Below are positions 36,341 to 46,547 of a stretch of DNA of 64,000 nucleotides, one piece after another. The translations under genes were made by a program, and so were the position numbers. Source of the stretch: an uncultured Terrimonas sp. (lineage in GTDB: Bacteria > Bacteroidota > Bacteroidia > Chitinophagales > Chitinophagaceae); contig CAYWVB010000023.1 of assembly GCA_964461595.1 (NCBI GenBank), positions 3,340 to 67,339 on the forward strand. Reading direction: 5' to 3'. How positions within the stretch are numbered: the first letter of the stretch is position 1; each line of letters begins with the position of its first letter. Below the pieces are notes generated by a model. The model worked only from the letters and a program-made list of their open reading frames with translations, was not told the origin of the DNA and did not search any database.

Positions 36341-37666
36341 TCATTTTTTCAACACTCTGTCAACAATCAGCTCGCCCACCTTCATACCCTGTGCGGCGCC
36401 GGCTTCCACACCGGTGCGGTAATGGATGCCGCCATATACCCGGCTGATGGAAGCCTCGGCGGCAGCCTCCTGAAAGGAATTGAAATGCCGCTGCATACCA
36501 ATATAACGCAGGTCGCTGGTATCCTGGAATGCAAAGTTGTTGCCATACAGGTGAGCCAATACCGTAGAAGCGGAGGCGGTGATAACGCTATGCCCGCTGG
36601 TGTACTCGGGAAATGCCGGTGTTTGCAGGAAAGGGACAAAGCTCTTACTGATGTGTTCATTGATATAGGTTACAGGACGTATTACATTGCTCCTGTATTT
36701 TTCATCCCAACAGGAAATAAATGCATCGTACAACGCTATTGCAGTTAGTGCATAGCCTTTGGCCGCCTGCACCGGGTCTGCATTGGTTTGCCTGGCTGCA
36801 ATAGCAGCAATGCCTATCCAGTGCCCGCCGGGGGTGATCTTCTTGGTGCCGAACATCAGGTGCCCCGAATGTTCGATCACAAAAGGGTTATCGTCCCAAA
36901 AACGGGCTATTTCCTTTTGTGCTTCCGTCAGGCTTTGGTTGATAGTATAAACCTCCCTGGCATTTTTATAAAAAAAACTATTGGTATCTGTACTGAATTG
37001 TGGCGGTCTGGGAGGTATAAATTGCGAGGCAGAATCCATTACCATGGTCTGCATCGTATTCCAGCACCATTCCACACCATCGGAATAATCCGGGGGGGTG
37101 GGCCGCCATTTGCCAGGATCTTTGCTGCCCAGATGTTTAGGTTTCCCTCTTGATGCAAGATACCCGTCATCATTAGCCCTTGCCAGTATTACGGCAGCAA
37201 TGCTATCGCCAAAAGCAACAGAGCGCTGGTAAGTTTCCTTGTCCAGCTTTTCTTTAAACGTCTGATGAACGAAATCTTCCTGCGCTTTGAGGGAATCAAC
37301 TGAAAAGATTTTAACATTGCGGGTTACGGTAAAAAAAGCTTCGGATGCGGCCAGCGTAAAATCATAAGGCTTGTCTTTTTCCGGTTCAGGCATTTTGCCA
37401 AAGCCGCGCAGCTTTCCTGTAATGGAAGCCGCGCCTTCTTTGCTGAAGCGAATGGCTTCATACGCCGCCAGGGAAGTATATGCATATAGCCTTGCTGCCA
37501 CCGGTGGTGTAAATACATCGTAAATAATGATATGGGTAAGTAAGTCCTCGTTTTGATGCAGGATATCTGCATCCGATACCGGGGTGGTTGTTTTTTTTGA
37601 GCTGCAGCTGACGAGCAGCAGCATATAACCAGCGCCTAAAATAACACTCAGGGTTTTCTTTTTCAT
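36341..37666 (-). CDS. PAP2-superfamily / vanadium-dependent haloperoxidase-like lipoprotein
   Basis: 441 aa with lipobox LLVSC. PAFPEYTSGHSVITASAS and ISRVYGGIHYRTGVEAGAAQG form the PAP2 / vanadium haloperoxidase active-site signature. Confidence 0.8.
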   Translation of the reverse strand: MKKKTLSVILGAGYMLLLVSCSSKKTTTPVSDADILHQNEDLLTHIIIYDVFTPPVAARLYAYTSLAAYEAIRFSKEGAASITGKLRGFGKMPEPEKDKPYDFTLAASEAFFTVTRNVKIFSVDSLKAQEDFVHQTFKEKLDKETYQRSVAFGDSIAAVILARANDDGYLASRGKPKHLGSKDPGKWRPTPPDYSDGVEWCWNTMQTMVMDSASQFIPPRPPQFSTDTNSFFYKNAREVYTINQSLTEAQKEIARFWDDNPFVIEHSGHLMFGTKKITPGGHWIGIAAIAARQTNADPVQAAKGYALTAIALYDAFISCWDEKYRSNVIRPVTYINEHISKSFVPFLQTPAFPEYTSGHSVITASASTVLAHLYGNNFAFQDTSDLRYIGMQRHFNSFQEAAAEASISRVYGGIHYRTGVEAGAAQGMKVGELIVDRVLKK

Positions 37667-37680
37667 TGTTGTAATTTTTT

Positions 37681-40600
37681 TTATAACGGTATTGTTCTTT
37701 TTGCGCCCTTTCTGTCTGTAATTACAACCGATTTTATGGCAGCGCCCAGGCTCAGGAATTTTGCCGATTGCGAAAGAAAAGAGGAGCCGCTATAAAACTC
37801 CTGTCTTTGCTTTTTCCCGTCTTTAAATAAAATATCGGCAATTACATCTTCGGGTTGCAGCGGGATACAGGTATTGTTCTTTTTTAATTCAAATAATTTT
37901 AGCGTCCCCCTGTTTTGTGTGGCTGCCAGCAGGTATTGATTGCTTTTGGTTCTCAGCTTTACCAACCCCTTCCCATTGCCCGGAATAAAAATCCCGCTTT
38001 CAAGAATGGATTGCGGAATAAAATTGCCTTTCCCGTCGCCCTTGAGCACCAAGCCATTTAAGGCATCGTAGCGGCCAATGGTTACATCAGTGCCGTAGTC
38101 ATTCGTGCTGATGGCTACATCAAGATTTCCATCCCCGTCAAAATCGTCTGTTACCATTCCATTCAGCGCCGATAACTGGGCCATAAAGGGTAAAGGAACA
38201 AGCGTAAATGTTCCGTCGCCGTTGTTCCGGCAATAGGAGGAGCTGAAGTTATTGGCAGTAAGCTTCAATGCATCTTTCCATTGCTCCGGGCTGAACAACT
38301 GGTCTATTGTTGCTGTAGCATAGGATTTGTAATTCTGGAATTTTGACCTCATGCCAATAATTTGTTTAACCATATCATCCCGCCCTGCGGCAGGGAATGC
38401 TTTTTTACCCGTATCGGACTGGCTTGCCGGCAGGAACAGGGTGGGAATGGCATCATAGCTTCCATTGTTATCAAAATCTTTGGCATAAATGGCAGCAGGA
38501 TATTGCCGGCTGGTTTTATAAAAAGAGTTTTGCCCAAGATTACCGGCTATAAAATCTATATCGCCATCGTTATCAAAATCACCAGCCGCCAGGCCGTTCC
38601 AACTGCCCGTTTCGTCTGATATCCCTGTTTGTGCCGTTATGTTCTTAAATACTCCCTTTTCATTTTTCAGAAAAGTGAGCGGCATCCATTCTCCCGCCAA
38701 CACTATATCCGGCCACCCGTCTTTATCAAAATCGGTAACAAGCGCATCGCATATCAATCCGATATTATGGAGATCTTTCGCTACCTGACCGGTAACATCC
38801 GTGAATTGTATTTGCCCGTTCTTTGAATCATTGCGGTAAATAAAGCTGGAAACCGGCTTTGGATAATTCCAGGGGTCAACCCTGCCGGCCACAAACAGGT
38901 CAAGGTCTCCGTCTTTATCATAATCAAAAGCCCTTACACAGGATTTACTAACATAGTTTTGCGGCAACGCCAGTGAATCAGGCAAAAAATCCCCTTTACC
39001 GTCATTAATAAAAAACCGATCCTGGTAAGCCTCGCTGTTGGGTTTACTTTCGTAGCCGCCATGTGAAATATAAAGATCAGGATCTCCGTCATTGTCCGCA
39101 TCAAATAAAACAACGCCCATATCCTGGAACTGTATATTGGCATTTTCGGCAGGTGGCGGTACAATTGTTTTTTGCAGGAATGCGCCGTTGTCCTGTTGCA
39201 ATAAAGCAGTAGTTCCCAATGATGAATTGCCGCCGATAATAAGATCGTCTAACCCATCGCCATTGACATCGCCGGCTGCAAGCGGGGGTCCGTATTCAGA
39301 GAGTTTATGCGGTAACAATTTTTGAATGCTGAAATCAATATAATCCGTTTGCGAATGTTTGTAGGTAATACCCGACGCTGTTGTTATTTCTTTGAAAAGA
39401 TTCGTTTGTGTCAATGCGGGACGCAGCCAGTTGTACCGTTCTTTTGCATCTGTTTTAAGTACCTTTAAGGTTTGATCGGGCTTTATGTTTTTCAGTACCT
39501 GCTTATTGCCATCCGGCCATTTTATAACTACAGAATCAATGTTCGAAATTTCACCAAGGCCAAAATGCGGGTTTAACTGAATGCTGGACAGGTAGCCGCG
39601 GTAGGGTGTTTGTTCATAAGCCTGATGCTGGTTGCCGTAATAGAGCTCAATCCATGTTCCCAGCCCATGCAGATTCAGCGAATCGCCTGTTAATTGCAGT
39701 GATAGATAATGCTTGTTTGGGGGTCTGGCATCCATGAGGGTGTTTTCGTATACGGAGGCCTCATCATTAATATTATTGACCACCATATCCAGATCGCCGT
39801 CATTATCTAAGTCGGCATAAGCGGCGCCGTTTGAAAAAGTAGGGGCGCCTAAACCCCAGTTAAGCGAAACGTCCGTAAAGCAGCCGTTGCCCATATTACG
39901 AAAGGCGTAGTTATGCAATTTCACTTCAGGTATCTGTGCCAGCGTATTCGCCTGTGGCGTAACGGGAGCGGCTTCCTGGCGGTAGGCTATAAAATCGCGA
40001 TCGGTTACATCCTTGGGAAAACCATTGGTTACAACCATATCACGCCATCCGTCATTGTCAAAATCCGCTACCGAGGGGCACCAGCTCCAGTCGGTTTCCG
40101 CTACCCCCGAAAGATACCCGATATCGCCAAAAACAGGATCGCCTATAGAATCATTGTCATTGAGCCTCGGTCCTTCATTGAGCTGGATAGTGTTCCGTAC
40201 ATACTGGTACTGGTATTTAAAAAAATCGTTGAGCTGGAAGGTTTGATAACTGCTCGCCGGCAGCATCATTTTCTTACGATAATTGTCTTCCGGGTTCATA
40301 TCCAGCTCTATAATATCCGACAACCCGTCGTTGTTGATGTCAATGATATCCTGCCCCATCCCGTTAGCCGAGGTATGTTTAAAATAGGAAGTGGCTTTGT
40401 CGGTAAAGGTGCCGTTGCCATTGTTGATATAAAGCAGGTCGTTGGCAATAAAATCATTGGTTACAAAAATATCTTTCCATCCGTCTTTATTAATATCCGC
40501 AATGGTTGCCGCATGTCCATAGCCTTCAATGGTTACGCCGGCTTCCCGGCTTACGTCTGTGAACACCGGATGCTTCAGGGCAGCGTTCCAGTCGTTCCGG

Positions 40601-41292
40601 TAAAGCCGCCCTGTGCTGGGAAAGCTGCCATCGGTAATTTTCTCTTTAAAGACTGAAGGGTTTACATCTCGGAGGATTTCATTTACCACAATATATACAT
40701 CCAGGTCGCCATCGTTATCATAGTCAAAAAAATCGGCCATGGTAGAATGGGTCGTATCATCAAGCCCGTAAGCGGCAGCTTCATCTTTAAAGACGGGGAT
40801 CCCATTCTTATCCAATCCTTTATTAATGTATAAAATATTCTTTCGTTTTTGCGGGTCTTTATCCATAGAGGCGCATACATATAGATCCATCCACCCGTCA
40901 TTATTAATATCCACCACTGCCACTCCCCTGCACCAGCGGCCTTCCCCGTCTGTGCCCGCTATACCCGTAATATCTTCAAAGCGAAGCTCACCCCTGTTCA
41001 GGTACAGCCTGGAGGATACCCTGTTCCCTGTAAGATAAACATCCTGAAATCCGTCATTATTAAAGTCCCCTATGCCAACTCCGCCGCCGTTGTAAATATT
41101 GGTAACATCAACAGGGTTCAGCGAATCCGTTTCCACTATTGTATTGTTGAAGGTAATCCCGGAATGCCCGGAAGACAGAAGCTGAAAAAGAGGATGCTGC
41201 TGTTGGCAGGAGGCAATCAATAATGCTGCTAAAAGTAAGCAGGAGTTACAGTGTAACCGGCTCATAAGCAAATGGTTTAAAATATGCCTCAT
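37681..41292 (-). CDS. VCBS/FG-GAP repeat protein with ASPIC/UnbV-like regions (CRTAC1-family lipoprotein)
   Basis: 1203 aa with lipobox LIASC. It has many calcium-binding FG-GAP-type repeats (DFNNDGFQDVY, DINNDGWMDLY, DYDNDGDLDVY, DLDNDGDLDMV, DADNDGDPDLY, DFDGDGNLDV). UnbV-like stretches are GTWIELYYGNQHQAYE and QEFYSGSSFLSQS. Confidence 0.85.
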   Translation of the reverse strand: MRHILNHLLMSRLHCNSCLLLAALLIASCQQQHPLFQLLSSGHSGITFNNTIVETDSLNPVDVTNIYNGGGVGIGDFNNDGFQDVYLTGNRVSSRLYLNRGELRFEDITGIAGTDGEGRWCRGVAVVDINNDGWMDLYVCASMDKDPQKRKNILYINKGLDKNGIPVFKDEAAAYGLDDTTHSTMADFFDYDNDGDLDVYIVVNEILRDVNPSVFKEKITDGSFPSTGRLYRNDWNAALKHPVFTDVSREAGVTIEGYGHAATIADINKDGWKDIFVTNDFIANDLLYINNGNGTFTDKATSYFKHTSANGMGQDIIDINNDGLSDIIELDMNPEDNYRKKMMLPASSYQTFQLNDFFKYQYQYVRNTIQLNEGPRLNDNDSIGDPVFGDIGYLSGVAETDWSWCPSVADFDNDGWRDMVVTNGFPKDVTDRDFIAYRQEAAPVTPQANTLAQIPEVKLHNYAFRNMGNGCFTDVSLNWGLGAPTFSNGAAYADLDNDGDLDMVVNNINDEASVYENTLMDARPPNKHYLSLQLTGDSLNLHGLGTWIELYYGNQHQAYEQTPYRGYLSSIQLNPHFGLGEISNIDSVVIKWPDGNKQVLKNIKPDQTLKVLKTDAKERYNWLRPALTQTNLFKEITTASGITYKHSQTDYIDFSIQKLLPHKLSEYGPPLAAGDVNGDGLDDLIIGGNSSLGTTALLQQDNGAFLQKTIVPPPAENANIQFQDMGVVLFDADNDGDPDLYISHGGYESKPNSEAYQDRFFINDGKGDFLPDSLALPQNYVSKSCVRAFDYDKDGDLDLFVAGRVDPWNYPKPVSSFIYRNDSKNGQIQFTDVTGQVAKDLHNIGLICDALVTDFDKDGWPDIVLAGEWMPLTFLKNEKGVFKNITAQTGISDETGSWNGLAAGDFDNDGDIDFIAGNLGQNSFYKTSRQYPAAIYAKDFDNNGSYDAIPTLFLPASQSDTGKKAFPAAGRDDMVKQIIGMRSKFQNYKSYATATIDQLFSPEQWKDALKLTANNFSSSYCRNNGDGTFTLVPLPFMAQLSALNGMVTDDFDGDGNLDVAISTNDYGTDVTIGRYDALNGLVLKGDGKGNFIPQSILESGIFIPGNGKGLVKLRTKSNQYLLAATQNRGTLKLFELKKNNTCIPLQPEDVIADILFKDGKKQRQEFYSGSSFLSQSAKFLSLGAAIKSVVITDRKGAKRTIPL

Positions 41293-41356
41293 AAAATTTT
41301 TTTGCCCGTCGGGTTAAAAAAAATTTGGCGGCAAAAATTTTTCTGTTACATTTGGC

Positions 41357-41381
41357 AATGTATATATGTATATACATTTGA
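41357..41381 (+). promoter_or_regulatory. Second copy of the 25-nt palindromic promoter/operator sequence
   Basis: AATGTATATATGTATATACATTTGA is identical to 23569-23593. Its -7 box TACATTTG is at 41373-41380, and an additional TACATTTG is at 41347-41354. It lies 91 nt upstream of the SusC ATG, in the divergent region shared with the VCBS gene. Confidence 0.5.
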
Positions 41382-41471
41382 ACAAATATACATAAAAGGA
41401 TCTGAAAGTATTGCCGAAGCTCAGCGTTTTTTTAACCGGAATGTGATTTTTTTAAACTATAAACTACAGCT

Positions 41472-44400
41472 ATGAACTTAAAACGACTGCCTGGTATTTG
41501 GCCAAAGGCTAAATACGCGCTTTGCGGCATTCTGCTGCAAAGCATCCTGAGTACAGCTATCGCGAATAGCGGCCCGCTTACATCAGGTTATCCGGTGCCT
41601 GGTAATAGGGCATATTGGTTAGACCAATTGGTGAAGGGGCAAATAACCAATGATAAAGGAACGCCACTGGCGGGTGTTAGTGTTACCGAAAAGGGAACAA
41701 CCAACACGGTGGCTTCCGATAATGACGGGAGGTACACTATCCGGGTAAAAAATGCCGGTAGTATACTGGTATTCTCGCATGTGGGCTACCTGAACGTGGA
41801 AATCAAAGCAGGCGCATCGCCTGTTACCGATGTAAAAATGGAATTGCTTTCAACCAACCTGGAAGATGTGGTAGTGGTAGGATATGGCACCCAGAAGAAG
41901 AAAGAGCTGACCAATGCGGTAGTGCAGGTGTCGGGAAGTGAAGTGAAGAAAACACAATCGGCTTCCCTGTCGAACGCGCTGTCAGGAAGGCTGGCCGGTT
42001 TGTTTGTGAACCAGCGAAGCGCACAGCCTGGGTTTGATGATGCCCAGATCCTGGTTAGGGGAGCCAATACCTACCGGAACAGTTCGGCATTGATCGTTAT
42101 TGATGGAGTAGCTAATGCAGATCCCGACGGGCTGAACAGGATGGACCCTAATGACATTGAATCTATCTCTGTATTAAAAGATGCTTCTGCTGCCGTTTAC
42201 GGAGCGCAGTCGGCCGGAGGCGTTATCCTGGTAACCACCAAAAGGGGTAAAAGCGGGAAGGCGTCTTTTGATTTTTCTACCACGCACTCTTTCCAGTCCC
42301 CTACAATGAGAACTAAGTCGGCAGATGTATTCGAATATATGAATGTGCTGAACGAAAGAAGAGCATTGGAGAATAAACCTCCGGACTTTCCTGAAGAGAT
42401 CGTTAATGCATTTAAGACAGGAACAAGAAGGGCAGAAGACTGGTATGCTGCGCTTGTTGATCCACCGGCAAAACTGTCAAGACAATCGCTTACCATGCGC
42501 GGCGGCACAGAAAAGGTAAGATATTTCGTTTCTCTTGGAACAACATCGCAGGGAGGTATTATGCGGGGTGATAATAAAACAAAATTGAGGCAATATAATG
42601 TAAGAAGTAATATTGATGTAAACGTTACCCAAAACTTTGAAGTTGGAGTAGATATTTCTTACAGGGAAAAAAATACGCAAACGCCGCAGGGCGGGTCGGG
42701 CGAGATTGGTTCTTTTGCGAGCACCAGCCCGTTACAGGAAGCCTATATTGGTGGTGATTACCGCTATCCCGGTGAAGGCTGGTCGCATTTAAACCCGGCG
42801 GCAAGACTGCTCAGCCCCGGCTACCGGCACTACAAGTTTGACCTGGCCACCGGTATCATCCGCCTTAAATACAATATACCATTTGTGAAGGGTTTGGCAC
42901 TGGATGGTTTTGCATCCATTGATAAAACCATGAACTATGATAAATCTTTTGACTATACCTGGTTTTATTGGGAAAGAGGCGCCAACCCGGGAGAAGTAGT
43001 AAAGAAAACATCAAGAACGGTAGAAGATATCGGGCTTAAAGAAAATTTTGCGCAAAGCCAGCGGTTCACAGGTAACCTCAAGCTTTCTTACAATGCTATT
43101 TTCGGAGATCATAAAATAGCAGCCTTTGTGGCCTACGAGCAAATGGACTATAAGGATAACTTTTTCTGGACCAGCCGCCTGGGCTATGCATCTCCATTGA
43201 TTGACCAGCTTTCTGCCGGTAGCAGCGACCGCCAGAACTGGAATAATAATGGTGGCGCTACCGAGTCGGCAAGGCGTAATTATTTCGGAAGGGTCAGCTA
43301 CGATTTCAGGGAAAAATACCTGCTGGGCTTCAGCGCCCGGTATGATGGCTCGCCTATATTTCCGAAGGATACACGCTTTGGGTTCTTCCCCCAGGTATCT
43401 GCGGGGTGGGTACTCAGCCGTGAATCGTTCATACCTCAAGACCTGTTCAGCAACCTGAAGATAAGGGCATCCTGGGGAAGACTGGGTAACGACCGTGTAA
43501 ATCCCTTCCAGTATATTGGCGCTTACGGCTATTCCGCAGGATGGGTTGTTGATGGTAAGGACGTTCAGGGCATTGCGCCCACATCAACCCCCAATCCCCA
43601 TATTACCTGGGAGGTTAGTGAAAAGACAGACCTTGGATTGGAGCTGGGCTTCCTGGAAAACAGGCTGACTTTCGAGTTTGACGTATTTAATTCTGCTACT
43701 TCCCATATCCTGGGGCAACGGCAGGCTTCCATACCAAGCTATACAGGGCTGGTGCTGCCGGATGAAAATATCGGGAAAATGAACAGCAAGGGCTTTGAGA
43801 TACAGGGGGGGTATCGTCAAAACTTCGGGCGTGTAAGTTTCAGGGCTAATGGAAATATTTCTTATGCCCGGAATAAAATCATCTATTTTGACGAAACACC
43901 GCAGGCAGAACCTTATCAGAAACTGGAGGGCAACCCGCTTAATTCCATATTAGTATATAAGGCGACCGGTATTTACAGAACCGATGCGGATATTACCAAG
44001 TACACCAGCTATCCCGGAGCAACAAAAGGAGGATTGATATATGCCGATCTTAATAATGACGGAGTAATAAATGGAAATGACCGGTACCGGTTCGACGCTA
44101 CCGGCTTTCCTAAAATGCAATTTGGCCTCACGCTCGGACTGAATTATGAAAATTTTGATTTCACCATGCTCCTGCAGGGGCAGAACGGAGCCAAATGGCG
44201 TTTAAGCAACGGCTTTAATTCCGGAGCCGGCGGCAACGGGCTGGAATACGTAGCATTTAATTCTTACTCCTTAGATAATACAAATGCCATACTGCCAATG
44301 ATCCAACCTACAGGGCTGGCTGCTTCCGATGCTGATTTTTGGTACCATAACGCATTTTGGGCCCGTTTTAAATCAGTGGAGCTGGGATATACGCTTCCAA

Positions 44401-44582
44401 GAAGATTATTGTCGAAAGTTAAAATTGCCGACGTAAGGATTTACCTGTCTGGTGACAACCTGTTTATGTTGTATAATAATCTTAAAAAATACGGAGCCGG
44501 CGATCCTGAATTTTTGTTAGGCAACGGAGGGGCTTATCCTAATATGAGGTCTTTAAATGCAGGCGTTAATATAACTTTCTAA
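41472..44582 (+). CDS. SusC/RagA-family TonB-dependent receptor (no STN domain)
   Basis: 1036 aa. The CarboxypepD_reg block is VKGQITNDKGTPLAGVSVTEKGT. The plug block is VVVGYGTQKKKELTNAV...VRGANTYRNSSALIVIDGV. It ends in a C-terminal aromatic residue (NITF). Confidence 0.95.
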   Translation: MNLKRLPGIWPKAKYALCGILLQSILSTAIANSGPLTSGYPVPGNRAYWLDQLVKGQITNDKGTPLAGVSVTEKGTTNTVASDNDGRYTIRVKNAGSILVFSHVGYLNVEIKAGASPVTDVKMELLSTNLEDVVVVGYGTQKKKELTNAVVQVSGSEVKKTQSASLSNALSGRLAGLFVNQRSAQPGFDDAQILVRGANTYRNSSALIVIDGVANADPDGLNRMDPNDIESISVLKDASAAVYGAQSAGGVILVTTKRGKSGKASFDFSTTHSFQSPTMRTKSADVFEYMNVLNERRALENKPPDFPEEIVNAFKTGTRRAEDWYAALVDPPAKLSRQSLTMRGGTEKVRYFVSLGTTSQGGIMRGDNKTKLRQYNVRSNIDVNVTQNFEVGVDISYREKNTQTPQGGSGEIGSFASTSPLQEAYIGGDYRYPGEGWSHLNPAARLLSPGYRHYKFDLATGIIRLKYNIPFVKGLALDGFASIDKTMNYDKSFDYTWFYWERGANPGEVVKKTSRTVEDIGLKENFAQSQRFTGNLKLSYNAIFGDHKIAAFVAYEQMDYKDNFFWTSRLGYASPLIDQLSAGSSDRQNWNNNGGATESARRNYFGRVSYDFREKYLLGFSARYDGSPIFPKDTRFGFFPQVSAGWVLSRESFIPQDLFSNLKIRASWGRLGNDRVNPFQYIGAYGYSAGWVVDGKDVQGIAPTSTPNPHITWEVSEKTDLGLELGFLENRLTFEFDVFNSATSHILGQRQASIPSYTGLVLPDENIGKMNSKGFEIQGGYRQNFGRVSFRANGNISYARNKIIYFDETPQAEPYQKLEGNPLNSILVYKATGIYRTDADITKYTSYPGATKGGLIYADLNNDGVINGNDRYRFDATGFPKMQFGLTLGLNYENFDFTMLLQGQNGAKWRLSNGFNSGAGGNGLEYVAFNSYSLDNTNAILPMIQPTGLAASDADFWYHNAFWARFKSVELGYTLPRRLLSKVKIADVRIYLSGDNLFMLYNNLKKYGAGDPEFLLGNGGAYPNMRSLNAGVNITF

Positions 44583-44594
44583 AATTTACTTAAT

Positions 44595-46442
44595 ATGAAA
44601 TCATTGAGAAGTTTAAATAAGCGGGCAGTGAAAATTTCCTGTATGCTCTTTGCAGGGCTGTTGCTAATTCTGGTTGCCTGCAACAAGAATCTGCTGGACA
44701 AAAAGCCATTGGATTCCCTGACGGATGATGCTGTTTTTTCCGATGCCACCTTTCTGCAGGACTATGTATATAACGTGTACAACGGGATGAAGCCGATATG
44801 GTATCCCGGCACCGGCGGCTTTGAAGCCCTGACCGATGTTGCCGTATCGCAACCGGAAACCCACGACCGGGCTGCCGGCATCCGCCAGTATATTGAAGGC
44901 AATATTTCGCCCGATAATATCAGGGATCTTACCGATATCTGGAACTTTGAATATGGCTATATCCGGAAAGCGAATGTTTTCTTCGAAAAAATAGCGGACT
45001 CTCCGATAGATGCTGCAGTACTTGATCCGATGAAAGGGCAAATGAATTTTTTACGGGCATGGATGTATTTTGAACTGGTGAAAACATTTGGCGGAGTGCC
45101 GCTTATTACCAGCAGCTATAAACTGGATGACGCCGATTTTGACGCTGCAAGGAGTACGTATGATGAATGCATAAAATTTATTGTGGATGAATGTGACCTG
45201 GCAAGCACTTTATTAAAAGATCAAACGCCCGCTGCCGGTAAAATTTCCAGCGCCGCTGCCGTGGCTTTAAAAGCGCGGGTGTTACTGTATGCCGCAAGCC
45301 CTTTAAATAATCCTGCCAATGATATAACCAAATGGCAGGCAGCAGAGGTGGCAACCAGGGCCGTTTTTGATTTAGGGTTTACGCTGCACCCCACACATGA
45401 TGATCTTTTTACAAGACCCGTAAAAACAGATGAGATCATCCTGGGAAAATCCCATACCGCGGGTACCCGCATACCCGACTGGGGCTTTAACTACGATTAC
45501 TGGCCAAGCGGTTTTGATGCAAGGCAACGGATCATGCCCACCCAGACTTTTGTGAATATGTTTCAACTAACGAACGGTCAATATCCTTACCTGGCAGATG
45601 GCGTAACGGTAAATCCGTTGTCGGGGTATGATCCTCAGCACCCTAATGTGAACAGGGATCCCAGGTACTACAGCGATATTATTTATCCCGGAGCGGGTCC
45701 TTTTACCATCAATGACGGTGCAAAAAGCACGCTAAGGGTATATGAATATTGGGAAGACGCCAATCCTAATCCGGATAATGCGGCGCCTTATCAAAATCCT
45801 AATAAAACTGATCCTAAAAACGGGCAAACACTATACGATTTTGGACGCGATTCAAAAACATACTGGGTAAAGGGCTTAACCCCTTTTCACTGGAAAGTTC
45901 AAACCGGCTATACCTTCAAAAGGCTGCTGGATTTTAGCGGCCCGCGTGCAAGCTTTGATTATGATTATAACCAGGCCATCTGCTTTTTAAGGTTAGCGGA
46001 GTTTTACCTGAACTATGCAGAGATCCAGATAGCCCTGGGCAATGAAGCGATCGCCCGCGAGTACATTAATAAAGTAAGAAAAAGACCATCGGTTAATATG
46101 CCCGATATTACCAGTTCCGGCGCCGACCTCGTTAGGGATTACAGAAACGAAAGGGCCATTGAATTGCACCTGGAAGACCATCGCTTTTATGACCTGATGC
46201 GCTGGAAAGCCGCTCCGGGAAATATTGATATTCCCATAAGGGGCCTTACCAGCGTGACAATGGACTGGACCGGCGCCGCAGCAGGCGACTGGGTGGGTAA
46301 ACTATCATACACCTACGGCGTTATTGATGCCGCAGAAACCAGGAAGCCCTGGAAAGGCGACTATTATTACCTGCTGCCCATCCCAAGAGACGAGATCAAA
46401 AAAAGCCATGATAAGATCGTGCAAAACCCGGGTTACCAATAA
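44595..46442 (+). CDS. SusD/RagB-family lipoprotein
   Basis: 615 aa with lipobox LILVAC. It lies 12 nt after SusC. SusD-like blocks are FLRAWMYFELVKTFGGVPLI, LRLAEFYLNYAEIQIALG and ERAIELHLEDHRFYDLMRW. Confidence 0.93.
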   Translation: MKSLRSLNKRAVKISCMLFAGLLLILVACNKNLLDKKPLDSLTDDAVFSDATFLQDYVYNVYNGMKPIWYPGTGGFEALTDVAVSQPETHDRAAGIRQYIEGNISPDNIRDLTDIWNFEYGYIRKANVFFEKIADSPIDAAVLDPMKGQMNFLRAWMYFELVKTFGGVPLITSSYKLDDADFDAARSTYDECIKFIVDECDLASTLLKDQTPAAGKISSAAAVALKARVLLYAASPLNNPANDITKWQAAEVATRAVFDLGFTLHPTHDDLFTRPVKTDEIILGKSHTAGTRIPDWGFNYDYWPSGFDARQRIMPTQTFVNMFQLTNGQYPYLADGVTVNPLSGYDPQHPNVNRDPRYYSDIIYPGAGPFTINDGAKSTLRVYEYWEDANPNPDNAAPYQNPNKTDPKNGQTLYDFGRDSKTYWVKGLTPFHWKVQTGYTFKRLLDFSGPRASFDYDYNQAICFLRLAEFYLNYAEIQIALGNEAIAREYINKVRKRPSVNMPDITSSGADLVRDYRNERAIELHLEDHRFYDLMRWKAAPGNIDIPIRGLTSVTMDWTGAAAGDWVGKLSYTYGVIDAAETRKPWKGDYYYLLPIPRDEIKKSHDKIVQNPGYQ

Positions 46443-46547
46443 CAGAGCATTCCTCCTGACAGTCATAAAAACATTTATATTGACAGGAGCCCGGCAAACA
46501 GTTTTCTTTGGATGAAGTAGTTGAATGATTTTGGATACTGATATTTT

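Noticed and set aside
36254-36748. 164-aa plus-strand ORF
   Set aside because: It is antisense to the PAP2/haloperoxidase-like gene, whose active-site motifs read on the minus strand.
39913-40656. 247-aa plus-strand ORF
   Set aside because: It is antisense to the VCBS/FG-GAP repeat gene, whose minus-strand frame shows repeated DxDxDGxxD motifs. I treat it as an artefact of the repeat-rich sequence.
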